From positions 137,640,001 to 137,704,000 of the forward strand of contig NC_042998.1 of assembly GCF_006345805.1 (NCBI RefSeq): a stretch of DNA of 64,000 nucleotides, given 5' to 3'. Shown here piece after piece: positions 10,926 to 24,383 of the stretch (position 1 is the stretch's first letter; each line of letters opens with the position of its first letter). A program made the translations under genes and the position numbers. This stretch comes from Octopus sinensis (lineage: Eukaryota). Below the pieces are notes generated by a model. That model saw nothing but the letters and a program-made list of their open reading frames with translations, did not search any database and was not told the origin of the DNA.

Positions 10926-13269
10926 TAATGCAATTCAATAGACACCAATAGATTTATAGAAATTGAAGCTAAATTAGCAGTTGTTCAACTGTATCTTGTC
11001 ATACAGTGGAAATCTCTACCTCATCTTTCTGAAAACACCATCCTCAGTGACTTCAGAGCATATCCTTCTTCTGGCTTTCACGCTTCTACATTAACATAGC
11101 TTCGCTTCACTATGTCTTTTATTGATACGTCATCTCTCTAAACACTTAACTTCATTTTCATCAGTAAACAAAGCCATTACATCGCCACCCTATTTCTGCT
11201 ACAATCACATCGTTCTATTCAAAGCAACCCATGCCACATTTTTCTATCCCACAACAGATTCTGCAACCAAACCATCCAATTCTATGTTAATTTATCCTTG
11301 GCAAAATTGTGATTCACTCTGACATATCCAAAATAGCTAAGCAGATGACTTACACCTACCTCTTATGTATGTCTTTCATATACCAAAGCACTCAGGAAGC
11401 CTACTAGAAACAGCAACCAAGTAATCTTCATGTTAAAAAAGAGGATACATATGATAGTGTAATCCTGCAAGCACTGTGAAAAAAAAAGGGGGGGAGACAT
11501 GGTATGGCCATAGCTGGGAAAGCTGTGATCACAGGTCTGCTCAATGAGTTCAGTTGGAGCTAAACAGCAACCTTAATATCTCAGACATATTGGGAGGTTT
11601 GGGATCATCATGCAGTCCAGCCTGGTTTCCAACTTGATAGAGCTTTGGCATATCTGTAGCAATAAATCTATGGATCATACCTAGTACTTTGACCAAGTAC
11701 TGATGTGCTATAGGTTTGCTTGTGCAGGGCTGATCTTGGGCTACATAACCATCCCTAACCTCTCCCAAAAGTTACCAGTTTTTATAGAATACAATCATCA
11801 TTGATTACTAGAGTTAAAATTGAACCTCAGCATCTATTGTAATATAATAATGCTACTACTATGTTGGATATACTGTTCTGTGATTTACCATTTTGATGAT
11901 TACAAAATAGACCATTAAGCACACACGAGTTTTGGAGTATTATTATATAGACTGCAGTAAAAGCAGTTTGCAAATGTGCTTGCATCTACACAGTGCCAAG
12001 CAAAACTTTGCAAAAAGTAAATAAATAAAGATACAATAACATTTGAAAAGCTTCAGTATTGAAATAAAAAGTAATATGTACTTAAAATATGAAAACTATT
12101 GAATTATTCAATTATGCATCCCATTATGAAACTACCCTGTACTACAATAAACTATATCAAATTACAAAAAAAAAAAAAGAAAGCAAACTCATAAGTATTT
12201 CAATCCTATCATACCAAGATTCTGTATATTAATATTCCATAAAATTTCTTAATAAGGGCATCAAAAGTGTATCCTTATATTCAGTAATTTTCCCTGTCAT
12301 GTGAATGCATAAGAAATTTCCACAGATCAACAACTCCACAAGTAACTACTCTCACAGCAGTTTATAGGAAAAAATGAAAATAAAAATAACATCTATAAAA
12401 TTATATTTAAAAAAAGAAAGAAATATTAAAATTGCTGTCCTATAAGGAAAGCAACTCTCTTATCAATAATATCAGTATTGATTTTATTCTAAGAGATCAA
12501 CTGATGACCTACTAGTGAAGATTATACAAACATTAATTCACAACTATGCATCAAGACTTTGAAAGTCAAACTAGCATGATTTCTGTAGGATACATAATAC
12601 AATAAGAACTGCTTGAAAAACTCAACACCTGCAAAGCCCTTTCTTTAAAATTTCATAAAATTTTAAACCGACATTTTCATTTTTTTTTTTTTTTTTTTTT
12701 ACAATTCCCTTATTGCAATTGGGGACAGTAGATAGAACTTTGTATAAAACCCATTTTGGTAGTTCAAGAAACAGTGCTCAATTCTCATGTTACAGTAATA
12801 CACTATATAAACAATTCCATATTACTCCAGTCAATTGATACATGTTCATAACACAATGCTTTTGGAACAACATTCACTATTATAATGCACATGCAGAAAT
12901 TTATTTATGAAAATTTGAATAAATTTGGCCATTGCAGCTTGAACAGGGACATCTCAACAGTCAATCACAAGACCAGACACTGGAATTATGAACTGGTCTT
13001 TAGAATTTTTGAAATCCTGAAAAAAAAAGTATTTTACCCTGCCTATAACTAGTATGAACCTCTAAGGAAAACAGGACAGAAACTTCCTTCATGCAAGTGT
13101 TTCAGCCCTTAACTCCTTACACTCTCTGAGGACCAGGATGCATCTAGGTCATGACTCCTAGATACTCCTCTGCTGTCACATTCTATGCTATTGGATAGTT
13201 TAGGGTGTCCCAGAGTCAAGGTACTTTGGGTGTGTATTGTAACCAGCTCAGTCTGAGACATCAGTTGAC

Positions 13270-13480
13270 TATTTTGAAATTTACTTCTGTTCCTCCTTGA
13301 CTAAATCCAGTTGGAAGTTTTCTCAATTGATTCTTGCCTTAAGAGCTCTAGTTCTCTTCCAGCAATTGAGAACAGTTTCATGAAATCATAAGCAGATTTG
13401 CCCACAAACCCACCTGCAACCATCTCTATGGTGAAAACTTTGGTTTGAATAGGTTTGTTACTCAGAAAATAGACTGTAAC
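13270..13480 (-). mobile_element. Hero/R2-group non-LTR retrotransposon C-terminal (restriction-like endonuclease) relic
   Basis: KVFTIEMVAGGFVGKSAYDFMKLFSIAG...EKTSNWI*SRRN resembles the IEVGxRGFVGxS...SxWIWxRR terminus of these elements. Confidence 0.55.
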
Positions 13481-13906
13481 ATCACTGTCACAACTTGATT
13501 CCAAAGTTATAAATTATATTCAGTGAGACACTAGTTATTTGTAACTTAACCACCTAACAAGAGATGCTACCTTCTATAAATCAACATCCAATCCACTTGT
13601 ATATATCAGTAGTTATCAAAGGGATCAAGACCATCTCCTAAGGGTGAGTTATGTAACAAAGGTAGTGGTAAGCCACTACCTTTATTACATAAAGATAAAA
13701 GCTGAGAAGCAAAAGTTTCAAAGTATTTTAGGTGGGTGTTCCAGAAAAAAAAAAGAAATTTGATTACACTAGTCTATCTATATAGTTTTCTGAGAATATA
13801 TTCCAATATTGAAAAGCATGTAAATTAAATACAAGATACACCAAAGAAGTAGCATTGCTACTGAGGTAAATCAAAGGCATGGTTATTGCTTACTCTCTCT
13901 CTCTCT

Positions 13907-14312
13907 CTTTTACTCTTTTACTTGTTTCAGTCATTTGCCTGCAGCCATGCTGGAGCACCGCCTTTAATCGAGCAACTCAACCCCGGGACTTATTCTTTTT
14001 GTAAGCCCAGTACTTATTCTATCTGTCTCTTTTTGCCGAACCGCTAAGTAACGGGAACGTAAACACACCAGCATTGGTTGTCAAGCAATGCTAGGGGGAC
14101 AAACACAGACATGCATATATATATATATATATACACACACATATATACGACGGGCTTCTTTCAGTTTCCATCTACCAAATCCACTCACAAGGCTCTGGTC
14201 AGCCCGAGGCTATAGTAGAAGACACTTGCCCAAGGTGCCACGCAGTGGGACTGAACCCGGAACCATGTGGTTGGTAAACAAGCTACTTACCACACAGCCA
14301 CTCCTGCCCCTA
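13907..14312 (-). mobile_element. Full-length young tRNA-headed SINE (family A)
   Basis: Reverse complement of 39553-39970 over its whole length; CpGs retained. Confidence 0.95.
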
Positions 14313-14954
14313 TGCCTGTAGAGAAACTATTCTTATTGTAAATGTAACTTCATTTTGAATATCCAATGATCTATGCATATTGTTTCCAACATTAATGACA
14401 ATTGCTTAAGAATGCTTCCAACACTACCAAATAGTCTTCAACCTACATTGTTCCCTTAACTCCATTCTAACCTTAGTGTGTTAATATAGGATTTTTTCCT
14501 GCCAATATTTTTATGTCACCTACAATACACTGCACCATACACTTGTATTCTTCCTCCATACGCAATGACTTAGGAACCCTTTATTCCCTTGTGGTGCATA
14601 AATTAGAAATAAAACAATGAAAAATGTTAGCTTTTCATAAACAAGTTAAATAAATAATACAAAATAAGGACATGGTCATTGAAAGTATAAAAACAATTTC
14701 TGAGTTTACATGTTTGAAATGCTTAGCATACCAAACATTCACTTTAGGTTCACCTTTTCAATATCCAGTGGAATATAAAATTAGTGTAACAAAGCAAGCA
14801 TATTTAACTGTATCAGTATTTGAATAGGATAGATATTTTAAAGTATATATACTCTTAGAAACTTTTAACCAAACAATTTGAAAAATAGAAGTGATGGATT
14901 AAAGAGGATGTTGAATATCAACAGCTTAAACCATCAGTACAGGATAAGGCTATA

Positions 14955-15080
14955 GGATGGATGTGTGTGTGTGTGTGTGTGCGTGCGTGAGAGAGAGAGA
15001 CATACACACACACACACACACACACACATACATCATGCACACATGTACATACATACATGTGCATGTGTACTTGTGTAGAT
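14955..15080. repeat. Compound GT/GA/CA microsatellite
   Basis: Direct reading. Confidence 0.9.
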
Positions 15081-15594
15081 AGATATAATTTTTAATTAGC
15101 ATACAACTCAAAAGTAAAAATGTAATGAGTTGATGAGAAAAAGAAGCGTGTGCATGGTAAAAGATAAGGAAAGACAATACTGTTATATTTGAAGATGCTA
15201 TGCCATACGGACAAGTTAACATAAGATTTGGAATGATGGAAAAGAACATAAGATTAGCATGATGGAAAACAACAAACATATATATTATGTAGATAACAAC
15301 AATGACAACTAGTGAGTGTATGATTGAGGTTTCTGTGTAATTAATAATTTTGTCTGATGAGGGATAAGTCCAAAACTTTTAGAGAACTGTTATAGTTGAC
15401 TGAATGAGCCACAATATATTACAGATAATTATATTGCCACAAAGACAATAGGCAATATAATTACTTCCAGCTTCCTTCTGGCATTAATTCAAACAATCTT
15501 AGAAGAATAAAAGTCTAACTCCGGCGAGATTTTATCACACAAAGACACTAAACATTAAAGTTAATTTAACTCATTCACTGTAACATTAATAATT

Positions 15595-15830
15595 ATATAA
15601 TAATAATAATCCTTTCTAGTATAGGCACACAAGGCCTAAAATTTGGGGGTAGGGGCTAGCTGATACTATCAACTCCAGTATACAACTGCTACTTTATTTT
15701 ATCAACCCCAAAAGGGTGAAAGGCAAAGTTTACCTCAGCAGCATTTGAACTCAGAACATAAAACTGGATGAAATGCTGCTAAGCATTTTGTCAGCATGCT
15801 AATGTTTCTGCCAGCTTACCACATTAATAA
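15595..15830 (-). mobile_element. tRNA-headed SINE (family C)
   Basis: Reverse of 30290-30495 (GAGTTCAAAT B-box-like, TTTGCCTTTCA, ATAA tail). Confidence 0.8.
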
Positions 15831-16771
15831 CAATTGCTTCTAGTTTTAGGAACAAGGTCAGCAATTTCGAGCAGAGCAGTTACTCAATACCTTCAAACCC
15901 CACCCCATATTGACTTGTACTTTACTACATCAACCCTTAAACAGCAGAGATGGATCCTAAATAAATCAGCATTGATTGGAAATAGAAATACATGTAAAAA
16001 ATATATGTACTCTCTGCCTCTCATCCATAAAATTTATATTTGTATGCCATTAAACTACCATGTGTGAACAGCAGTGCACTCTAGCCTCTGACATCAAACT
16101 TTTACTTGGTTAAATCTAAAAATGTCAAAACTATATAAAATATATCAAATACACTAATAGTAATTACTACTACTGCACATACATCTGTGTACATGAGTAT
16201 GTATGTATAAATGTGTGTGTGTATACACTAGTCTGCCAATCCTTTTTTTATCACCAAAAACCAAATAATGCTTTTCCTCTATATGATGGTTAATACTCTG
16301 GCAGCTGTTTTTTTATTGCTCACAAATATATCGTGTATGCTACATATTATGCTATAAGGATTTACTGAATCAGAAATCGTTAAAATCCTCAAAATATGAA
16401 ATTCTAGAAAAAGATGGAAAAAAAAAATCTTGTATATATAAGCTACACAATTTCTTGGTGATTTGCTCTGTCAATTATCATTTAGAGATCCCCCTTATCA
16501 TTAGCTTGACGGATACAAATTATGATGAAGCAAAGATAAAAATCAGATCACTTTAAGTTAAACACACCCATTTTATTTTTTGCATTCAATAAAAAGAAAA
16601 TAAATATAATTTGTTTATGATTGAGTATGGTAAAATCTTCAATTATCAACTGTTCACATACTAGTAAAAGAAAATGTATTCACCTCAATAGATTTTGCTG
16701 CAAAAATAACCAGTAGATGAAATTTGCAAGCAATCAACTATAAGGATATTTATCTTAACCATTAGGATTAA

Positions 16772-16913
16772 CACTTTCATTACCATAATTTTGTTGAAAT
16801 AAAATATATTTACCATGAAATGTTGATGATAAATTTTAATTCAGATTATTTTAAAACAGGGAGATTGTATTGCAGAATAAGGTGTCATGTCAAACAGATT
16901 GGTATCAGAGGAG
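16772..16913. mobile_element. piggyBac-type MITE
   Basis: TTAA on both sides (16768-16771, 16914-16917). Ends CACTTTCATTACCA / rc CTCCTCTGATACCA resemble the ends of 56276-57441. Confidence 0.6.
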
Positions 16914-17147
16914 TTAAGCATGTCTTTCCATAAGTACATGGAAAAGACAGCTCTGAATATAATAAGGCTTCTGTGCAAACTGGCTCTGTATCAGTTCAGT
17001 GTGGGGTTTGAGTTTCAAGTAGGGGCTGTACCACATTGAACACAGCCTAGAGTCAAAATTTACTATTGTGCTATACTTTTAGGAAATTAAGATTTATTCA
17101 TAGATATAACCATAAAAATTGGCTGTGCATAATTTTTCATATTTCTT

Positions 17148-17308
17148 AAATACCAACAGATGTAAATTTTGACAGACAGATATTGTTAGTAAAAAATTAT
17201 TATACAACACTCAAAATAGGGCAAAATACCAATAGAAATGTAAATCTTGACAGACAGATATTGTTTGTAAGATAATACATTAATAATTACACAATACTCA
17301 AAACAAGA
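17148..17308. repeat. ~75-85 bp local tandem duplication
   Basis: AAATACCAA..GATGTAAAT.TTGACAGACAGATATTGTT...CTCAAAA occurs twice, at 17148 and 17223. Confidence 0.85.
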
Positions 17309-17689
17309 CAGAATTCAGACGAGGAATATTTCTGAATCTTAATTTCCAACAATAAAGGTAAAGCTTATATAAACATGTTTACAGAAAATATACATTGATA
17401 TGTCAATTAGAAAATTTATGTTGGAGAAATGTATATAGATAGCTATGTTCATGTTTCCATGTCAATAGAATAATTTGAGCTATAGAATGAAATATGCATG
17501 AACAGATAAATAGATACTGGTTTAATAAAATATCAAATAAGCATATGTGTACTTAAACTGATAGAAATTATTGTCAAGGCTAGACCAAAGCTAACATACA
17601 GCTAGTAGAAAGAGAATGAAATCCAATAGCAAAGTAACAGTTTACACATGGTTGTTGCCAGAATAAAAATCCTAAGTAATAGACTTGTT

Positions 17690-17860
17690 TGGTGTCATCA
17701 TCATTTAACATCCACTTTCCATGCTGGTATGAGTTAGACAATTTAACTGGAACTGCTAAGCCAGAGAGCTGCATCAGGTTCCAATTTGATTTGACATGGT
17801 TTCTACAGCTGGATGTTCTTCTTGATGTCAACCACTCCAAGAGTGTACCAAAGTGACTAA
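17690..17860 (-). mobile_element. Older RTE 3' tail copy
   Basis: TCATCATCATTTAACATCCACTTTCCATGC...TTTCTACAGCTGGATG. Confidence 0.8.
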
Positions 17861-19109
17861 AATGGCTTCAGATTTGATTGGCTAAAATAACATTGTAACA
17901 ACAGTGAATCTAAAATGGTCATATCATTATTCAATACCCATTTTCTATGCTAGTTAGAGATTTGAAAATGGAAACCGATCATCTGGAAAATGACACTTCA
18001 TATATGTTAGAGAGAAATGTCAAATGGAAGTTTTTTTTAGCATATAGACGCCACAAGAAAAGCACAATACAATTTCTATTTTCATAATATATTTTTTAAT
18101 GATGTATTCTATGAAGTTAAGAAATTATTCTATCAATTTGACTCGAAGAAACAAGAGTAAAAGAACCCTAAATATAAAAATAAAAAAACAAGTAACATTA
18201 TCATCATCATTGTTTTAATATCCATTTTCCATGCTTGCATGGGTCAGACAAAGTTTATTGAGGCAGATTTCCAATGGCTAGATAACCTTCCTAGTAGAAA
18301 AAAAGCAAATGTATTGTACTGGAAGATTGACAATATTGTGAAACAAGTTCAAATCTTACTAAAGCCTTACTGTGCTCCTGAGAAGGTACATACTATGCAT
18401 TTCAATTGAGTTCATTAACTGGCAAAAATGTATTCATTTGTATTTCACAGTGGAGTGGGAGGTTTTTTTTTTTTTTTCCATATTTGAGTAACCTTCCTGG
18501 TTATAAAAGAAAACAGCTCCAATAAAAATCAATCCTCCACATGAGACAATAACTAAATAAATAACTAATGCACCATAAATTCACATTGCAAATACATGGT
18601 TTTGTGTCATCTTGGAGGGGGGCCTTTAACTCTACCTGACCCATTAACTTTTTCAGTACATTTTATACAGCAAGTACAACTGGTCACTGAGATGAGAATA
18701 AAGGATTCAAAATGCAGAAGATTGCTTACAATTGTTTCCATTATTGTTGAAAATGAGAGTTTTGTAGATTGTTTGCAGTGTAAAAGTTGAAAGTACTGCT
18801 CACAGAACACTAATCATTGAAGAATGGTAGTTAAGAGATATATACACTCTTGGCAAGGGATAAAAAACAAAGCTCTGCTGCAATTTAAGAAGTGAGACAG
18901 CTTAGAGGATGTGCAATTAACAAAGGTACCCTTAGTTTTCTGACGGTAGTGTTCCAGTGATGGTTAAAAGCCTCCGAGTTGATAGCAGTAACTTCCAGTA
19001 TTCTTTCCTATACAACCTGATGTGATTTATATGTTTACTTTTAATACTGCAATATCATTTTGCTTCCATACATTTTTTTCCAAGGTTATATGTTTTTAAA
19101 GGCCATCCA

Positions 19110-19365
19110 GCTGATTGGAAAAGATTCACAGACTAACATTCTACAACCACTACCTTATGAATGTGCTGCTTCTTATCCCTGTCTTTTCTCCAGCTATTTA
19201 TTATCGTGGCCTGTGTTATCTTGATTCTCCTAGTAAGTCACACCACCTAAGCCTACCTATTTTTCTTCTTTTCACCTCTGTTGTGTCTCACCCTCCTGAT
19301 CCTGCACTAACTCCCTCACCCAATCCTTTCTTCCCAAAATGATCAACCACATCAATCTTATTAGT
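19110..19365 (+). mobile_element. CR1/L2-type LINE 3' end relic
   Basis: LIGKDSQTNILQPLPY...CLFSSY resembles the CR1-group C-terminus (LQPLxHRRxVxSLCLFYRYY); a related relic lies at 43850-44150. Confidence 0.5.
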
Positions 19366-19874
19366 CTGACAGGGGTCTACAAAGGTGAGGGGTGCTGCTT
19401 TTCCCTCTAACTAAATTATGAAAAATTAGAAGCAGAGTCATTTGTTCACAGCTAATAAATTCTCACAACTCTTACTAAAAATATGGTTTCTGCAATGTGG
19501 CACAAATTCAAGCTGCAGCCTTTCTAAGCTAATCCAGTCCTGAACTAACTTTGCTAAATCTCTTTAAGCTACTTTCATGACATGGTTTGAGGCATCTATA
19601 ATTTCCTCTCTACTAAACACAATAATCATGAGCATAAAAAATATAAGTAGTACAAGCACATAGTACAAAAAAATTTAATAGTATGAGACACGCCAGGAAT
19701 TTCAAGGACCTACAAAATAAAAGAGTGAATAATATATATATATATAACTAGAAAGATTTCCATACTTAAACCCAGAAATATAAATATACAGAAGGCAAGG
19801 TTTGAAAGCATAAAAAATCCTGATGACACAAAAGATTCACAAAGATTGATAAAAGGACCTAGACATATAAATAT

Positions 19875-20030
19875 ATGGTTGTGTGGTTAAGAACTTCACT
19901 TTGCAACCATGAGGTTTTGGGTTCAATCCCAGCACTCTGGGCAAGTTTTTTTCTACTATAACCCTGGGTCAACCAATGCCTTGTGAGTGAATTTGGTTAA
20001 CACAAACTGTGTGGAAGGTGGTTGCATATA
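19875..20030 (+). mobile_element. SINE family A head fragment
   Basis: GGTTGTGTGGTTAAGAA...GGTTCAATCCC...CCTTGTGAGTGAATTTGGT. Confidence 0.75.
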
Positions 20031-20329
20031 CAGGAATCACTTACTTTATAGAAATAATGCAAAATTCCATAAATTAAAATAAATTTTCCTGTTAATTTTT
20101 AAATTATCAATGTGTTCCTGTAAGCATTTAAAAAATAATTTAAAGCACAAGAAAACAACAGAGAACCAGCAACATAATTACCTTTATACATGAAAATAAT
20201 TATTTCTAAACAAATACTGTACGACACAGATACATAAAAACACAAACATTTCAAGAGGAATAAGCTAGGGAATTAATAAGAATCATAATATCATAAGAGT
20301 ACATTCTTACCACAAATGATGTTTACTGT

Positions 20330-21510
20330 GTGGGGGATGGTGGTGGAATGAGCATTACTAGGAGGATGAGGGACAATATTTACCATCTTATAGTTCATTA
20401 TCACCAACATCAGTTTGATGGGTGAAGAACTTATCCAAAGTTGTTTGTTGTTTATGACATCATCTCTTTGTACAGCTCAGTATAGGAACTGAGCTCATTG
20501 TAAACTCCTGTAATTTTTATATTACATTCACAATTAGGATCATTATTGGTAAACATTTGCAGACTGTCTATAAGTGCCAACCATTTAGTAATAATTTAAG
20601 TGGTGTAGGTGGAATTTCCATTGTCTTATCTATATTCTGTTTGTTCTTTTCTTAACAGCATCAGCTCCTTGTTAGCTAAACTTTCTCCCTGGGATATTAG
20701 TAACTCAGTCACACCATGACTTCTTGAAATCCTACATCCTTTACAAGTGTCACAATATCTTTCCAAATTTCATGTAGACTTTCTGCTTGAGGAAAACTTA
20801 TTATGTCACCGATAGTCTGGCCATAAACCTTTTCACGTACTTCCTTCCAAAAGAAGTGTCAGACAATTTTTGAAAGCTTTAAATCTTGGTATTGATTTTT
20901 TCTTCTCAAGAAATAAAAATTCTAGCAGGTATGTGCTTCCAGAAAAGTGCAGTCTCATCAACATTATATACCTATGTGTAGCTACCTTCAGCAATCATTT
21001 TCTTCAACTGCCCAGGATAATTAGAAGTAGCTTCTGTATGAATGTTTTTACATTGTGCAAATTCATGCACTTCTTAAACCTTTCAAACCAACCTTTACTA
21101 GCCAAAAAGATGTGGTCATTAGAAGTTCCACCCCTCCTCCCTTCACACTCATTCTTCTGCAAATCATCACAAACATTTAGCTCCTGTTTGAATAACCATC
21201 ATGTTTATTGGCACATTACAATGATTCTGATCGTTGATCCATACACTCAAGAGTCTTTCCATTTTAAGTTTTACATTAGATCTATAGAAAAATAAAGTCT
21301 GAACAATTAAAAGGGTAGCTTCTTGGGACACTTGATATAATTTTCGCTTTGTTGTCACAAATTTTTCCCACTGTAGATTTAATGTTTTGGCAATATAACT
21401 TAGTTTTACTTCTGCATCAAGTCTTTTTAAAACATCAAGTTTAATATCCAGTGTAATACCTTTACAGTTCCTCTTTGCACAACTGTAGCTTCTTTCCAAA
21501 CATCTTAAAT
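20330..21510 (-). mobile_element. Tigger/pogo transposase relic with internal deletion
   Basis: KGITLDIKLDVLKR, KMERLLSVWINDQN (CENP-B HTH), FLASKGWFERFKK, VYNVDETALFWK, and C-terminal ELYKE / QTTLDKFF. Stops and frameshifts present; TIRs not resolved. Confidence 0.9.
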
Positions 21511-22122
21511 TGAAAGAAAATCCAACAGCAGTGGCAATAAATTATCCACAACAAATATTTAGTAAAAAAAAATTGGCTCAGGAAAAATCTGAGAGCAGAA
21601 AATTGCCTTATTGATGCCATAATGAAAATGAGATGGAAAGTTGAAGGACAGAGGAAGAGAAAGGACTATTGATGATAGTTAGCTGAATGGTCACCAGATT
21701 TTATAGGAAATTCACCTCTTGCACTTATGACATAAATACACACAAAAGTATATATACAAACACTCATACACACACATGTTGGTATATATGCTGATACCTT
21801 TTGTAGCCAGTTGAATTCAAAAGTAGGTGGGTTGATAGGGGTGATAATGTGAGTTGCATTGATTTAGATGTTAGTGATGGTGGGCAGGTATTGTTCATGG
21901 TGTGGTGGTCATATTGTTCTTGCTTACTGTATTCTTGTGGGTATTTAATCTCAAGTCAATCCTCACAGACCTAAGATGAAAGACATTCCATTCAACTTTT
22001 AAAATACAATAGTATACCACATTCTGTTTTTCTTTGAAATGGATTTGCTTACCTACTTCATACTACTACTTTTGGTGGTTGTTTAGTATTGATGATAGAA
22101 ACACACATACATACACAAACAG

Positions 22123-23730
22123 GAATGCTGTCAGTAAGGTGAGGGTTGGCAACAAGTATAGTGAAGAATTCCGGGTAGAAGTAGGGGTTCACTAAGGATC
22201 AGTCCTTAGCCCCCTCTTATTCATCATACTCCAGGTTGCCCCTGGGAGCACCTCTATGCTGATGACCTTGCTCTAATAGCTGAGTCACAACCAGAACTAG
22301 AGATGAAGTTTCAAGTGTGGAAGCAAGATCTAGAATCAAAAGGCCTTAGAGTCAATCTAGCAAAAGCCAAAGTCGTAGTAAGTAGGAAGGCAAACAAATC
22401 ACAAACCACTTCATGTAGATGGCCTCGCTTGAACTGTAGAAAAGGTGTAGGAAGAAACTCCATAAGATGTACTCAGTATAAACTATGGACACATAAGAGG
22501 TGCAGCAATATCAAAGGAGGGTTAACCAGGAAGATAGTTTTTGTGTATAGCAGATGTACAGGGACAATAAACACCGATGATGTACAGAAAACAGATTCCA
22601 TCACATGCCAGAGGAAGAAACTAGAAGAGGTTGATAGCTTCTGCTACCTAGGTGAACAAGTCTGTAGTGGGGGTGGTTGCTCTGAAAGTGTTGCCATTAG
22701 AATAAGAATAGCCTGGGCAAAGTTCAGAAAGCTCCTACCTCTGCTGGTAACAAAGGGCCTCTCACTCAGTGAAAGGTAGACTGTATGATGCATGTGTGCG
22801 AACATGCCATGTAACACAGCAGTGAAACATGGGCCATGACTGTTGAGGACATACATAGGCTTGAAAGAAAAGAAGCTGGTATGATCCGCTGGATGTATAA
22901 TGTCAGTGTGCACATGACAGAGTGTAAGCGCCCTGAGAGAAATGTTGGACATAAGCAGTATCAGATGTGGTGTGCAAGAGAAACAACTGCACTGGTATGG
23001 TTATGTGCTGCATATGGATGAGGAGAGCTGTGTGAAGAAGTGTCACACCCTAACAATGGAAGGAACCTGTAGAAGAGGGAAACTCAGGAAGACATGAGAT
23101 GAGGTGGTGAAGCATGACCTTCGAATGTTAAACCTCACAGAGGCAATGACAACAGACCAAGACCTTTAGAGAAGACCTGGCAAGTAAAGTGAGATCACAA
23201 CTGTGGCTGACACCAGTGTCACATAGCCAGCCCATTTAAAAGTACCCTTGACTCGTCAGGTGATACACTGTGCTTGAGAAGACCTGTTGAGTTAAGTGAA
23301 ATCAAACTGTGGCCAATGACCCAGTAAGTGAGATCACAGCTGTAGCCGATACCAGTGTTGCATAAGCAGCCTATTTAAAAGTACCCTTGAATCAGTGGGT
23401 GATACGCTGTGCTTGAGAAGACCAATTGAGTCAATCATAATCAAAATGGAAATCATAGTTGTAGCCAATGCCAGTGCTACCTGACTGGCACTCATGCTGG
23501 TGGCACATAATAAGCATCATTCAAGTGTGAGTCGATGTCAGTGCCACTTGACTGGCTCTCATGCCAGTGGCACGTAAAAAGCACCATCCGAATGTGGTCA
23601 ATGCCAGTGCCTTCCGACTGACTTCTGTGCTGGTGGCACATAAAAAGCACCCACTACACTCTCAGAGTGGTTGGCATTAAGAAGGGCATCCAGCTGTAGA
23701 AACCTTGCTAAATCAGATTGGAGCCTGTTG
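22123..23730 (+). mobile_element. RTE LINE, 5'-truncated (RT C-terminal half plus 3' UTR)
   Basis: VGVH*GSVLSPLLF, LYADDLALIAES, EVDSFCYLG, LHWYGYVL. Several stops and frameshifts. 3' UTR homologous to the reverse of 6251-6930. Confidence 0.95.
23187..23470. repeat. ~139 bp tandem duplication within the RTE 3' UTR
   Basis: AAGTGAGATCAC...TTTAAAAGTACCCTTGA...TGTGCTTGAGAAGACC starts at 23187 and at 23326. Confidence 0.9.
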
Positions 23731-24383
23731 CCAACTCCTGAACTTTATGAAACCACAATTCAAACAAGTATTGTTGCTTGGGGTCATAAATTGAGACTAT
23801 GCACTCTCCTGTGTGAACTTAGAAAGAACTTCCTGTCCAAAATTTCCTATTTGCACTACATGTTTATTTTTTATATTTTAGTCAAGTGAATTTCTCTGGA
23901 TTTTTCTTCGTTTGATTTGCAAACATAATGGCAGCTAGTACTGCAAGAATTAGAATTCACTGATATTTATTAACAATTTGTTTATTTATTAATGATTTAA
24001 TTAGGGAAAGAGACTTGAAGAAAATAATTAAAATATTTCAGTGTCATCTATATAAACTAGCTCAGTGATATAAGGGTTTATAAAATCTGAATAAGAGTGG
24101 AGTTAACATGTAGTTGATACTGCACTGATAATTTCAATAGTGAATTGTGAGGAGACAAAAATAAAAGAAAGAAATTGGAGGACATACAAAACCTTTCAAT
24201 GAAAGAGATGAATTCTTTTTCTAATAGGAGCTACGAATCTTCCAAGTTACAGAGACTACACTGGAACACATATCTAGTTCTGAGACTGGAAATCAACGTC
24301 TAGGAATCAGTATCTTGTAAACATGTAAAAGCACCCGTGTGTAATCAACTTACCTGTATTCAGCCTAGCTGGGCAGGTAAAAG

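Noticed and set aside
13301-13504. ORF considered as the REPS1 second EH domain
   Set aside because: No EH motifs or splice sites; better explained as a retrotransposon endonuclease end.
16919-17050. Small hairpins (TGTCTTTCCAT/ATGGAAAAGACA; TTCAGTGTGG/CCACATTGAA) as miRNA or ncRNA
   Set aside because: Stems of 10-11 bp are too short for a pre-miRNA, and there is no supporting motif.
20311-20510. Apparent minus-strand REPS1 exon (CAG acceptor ... GTAAG donor)
   Set aside because: Stops in all frames from the acceptor; the content is the Tigger transposase C-terminus (ELYKE, QTTLDKFF).
23470-23655. CRISPR-like repeat/spacer array
   Set aside because: The units are diverged tandem duplications inside a LINE 3' UTR of a eukaryote; the spacers are homologous to each other and there are no cas genes.
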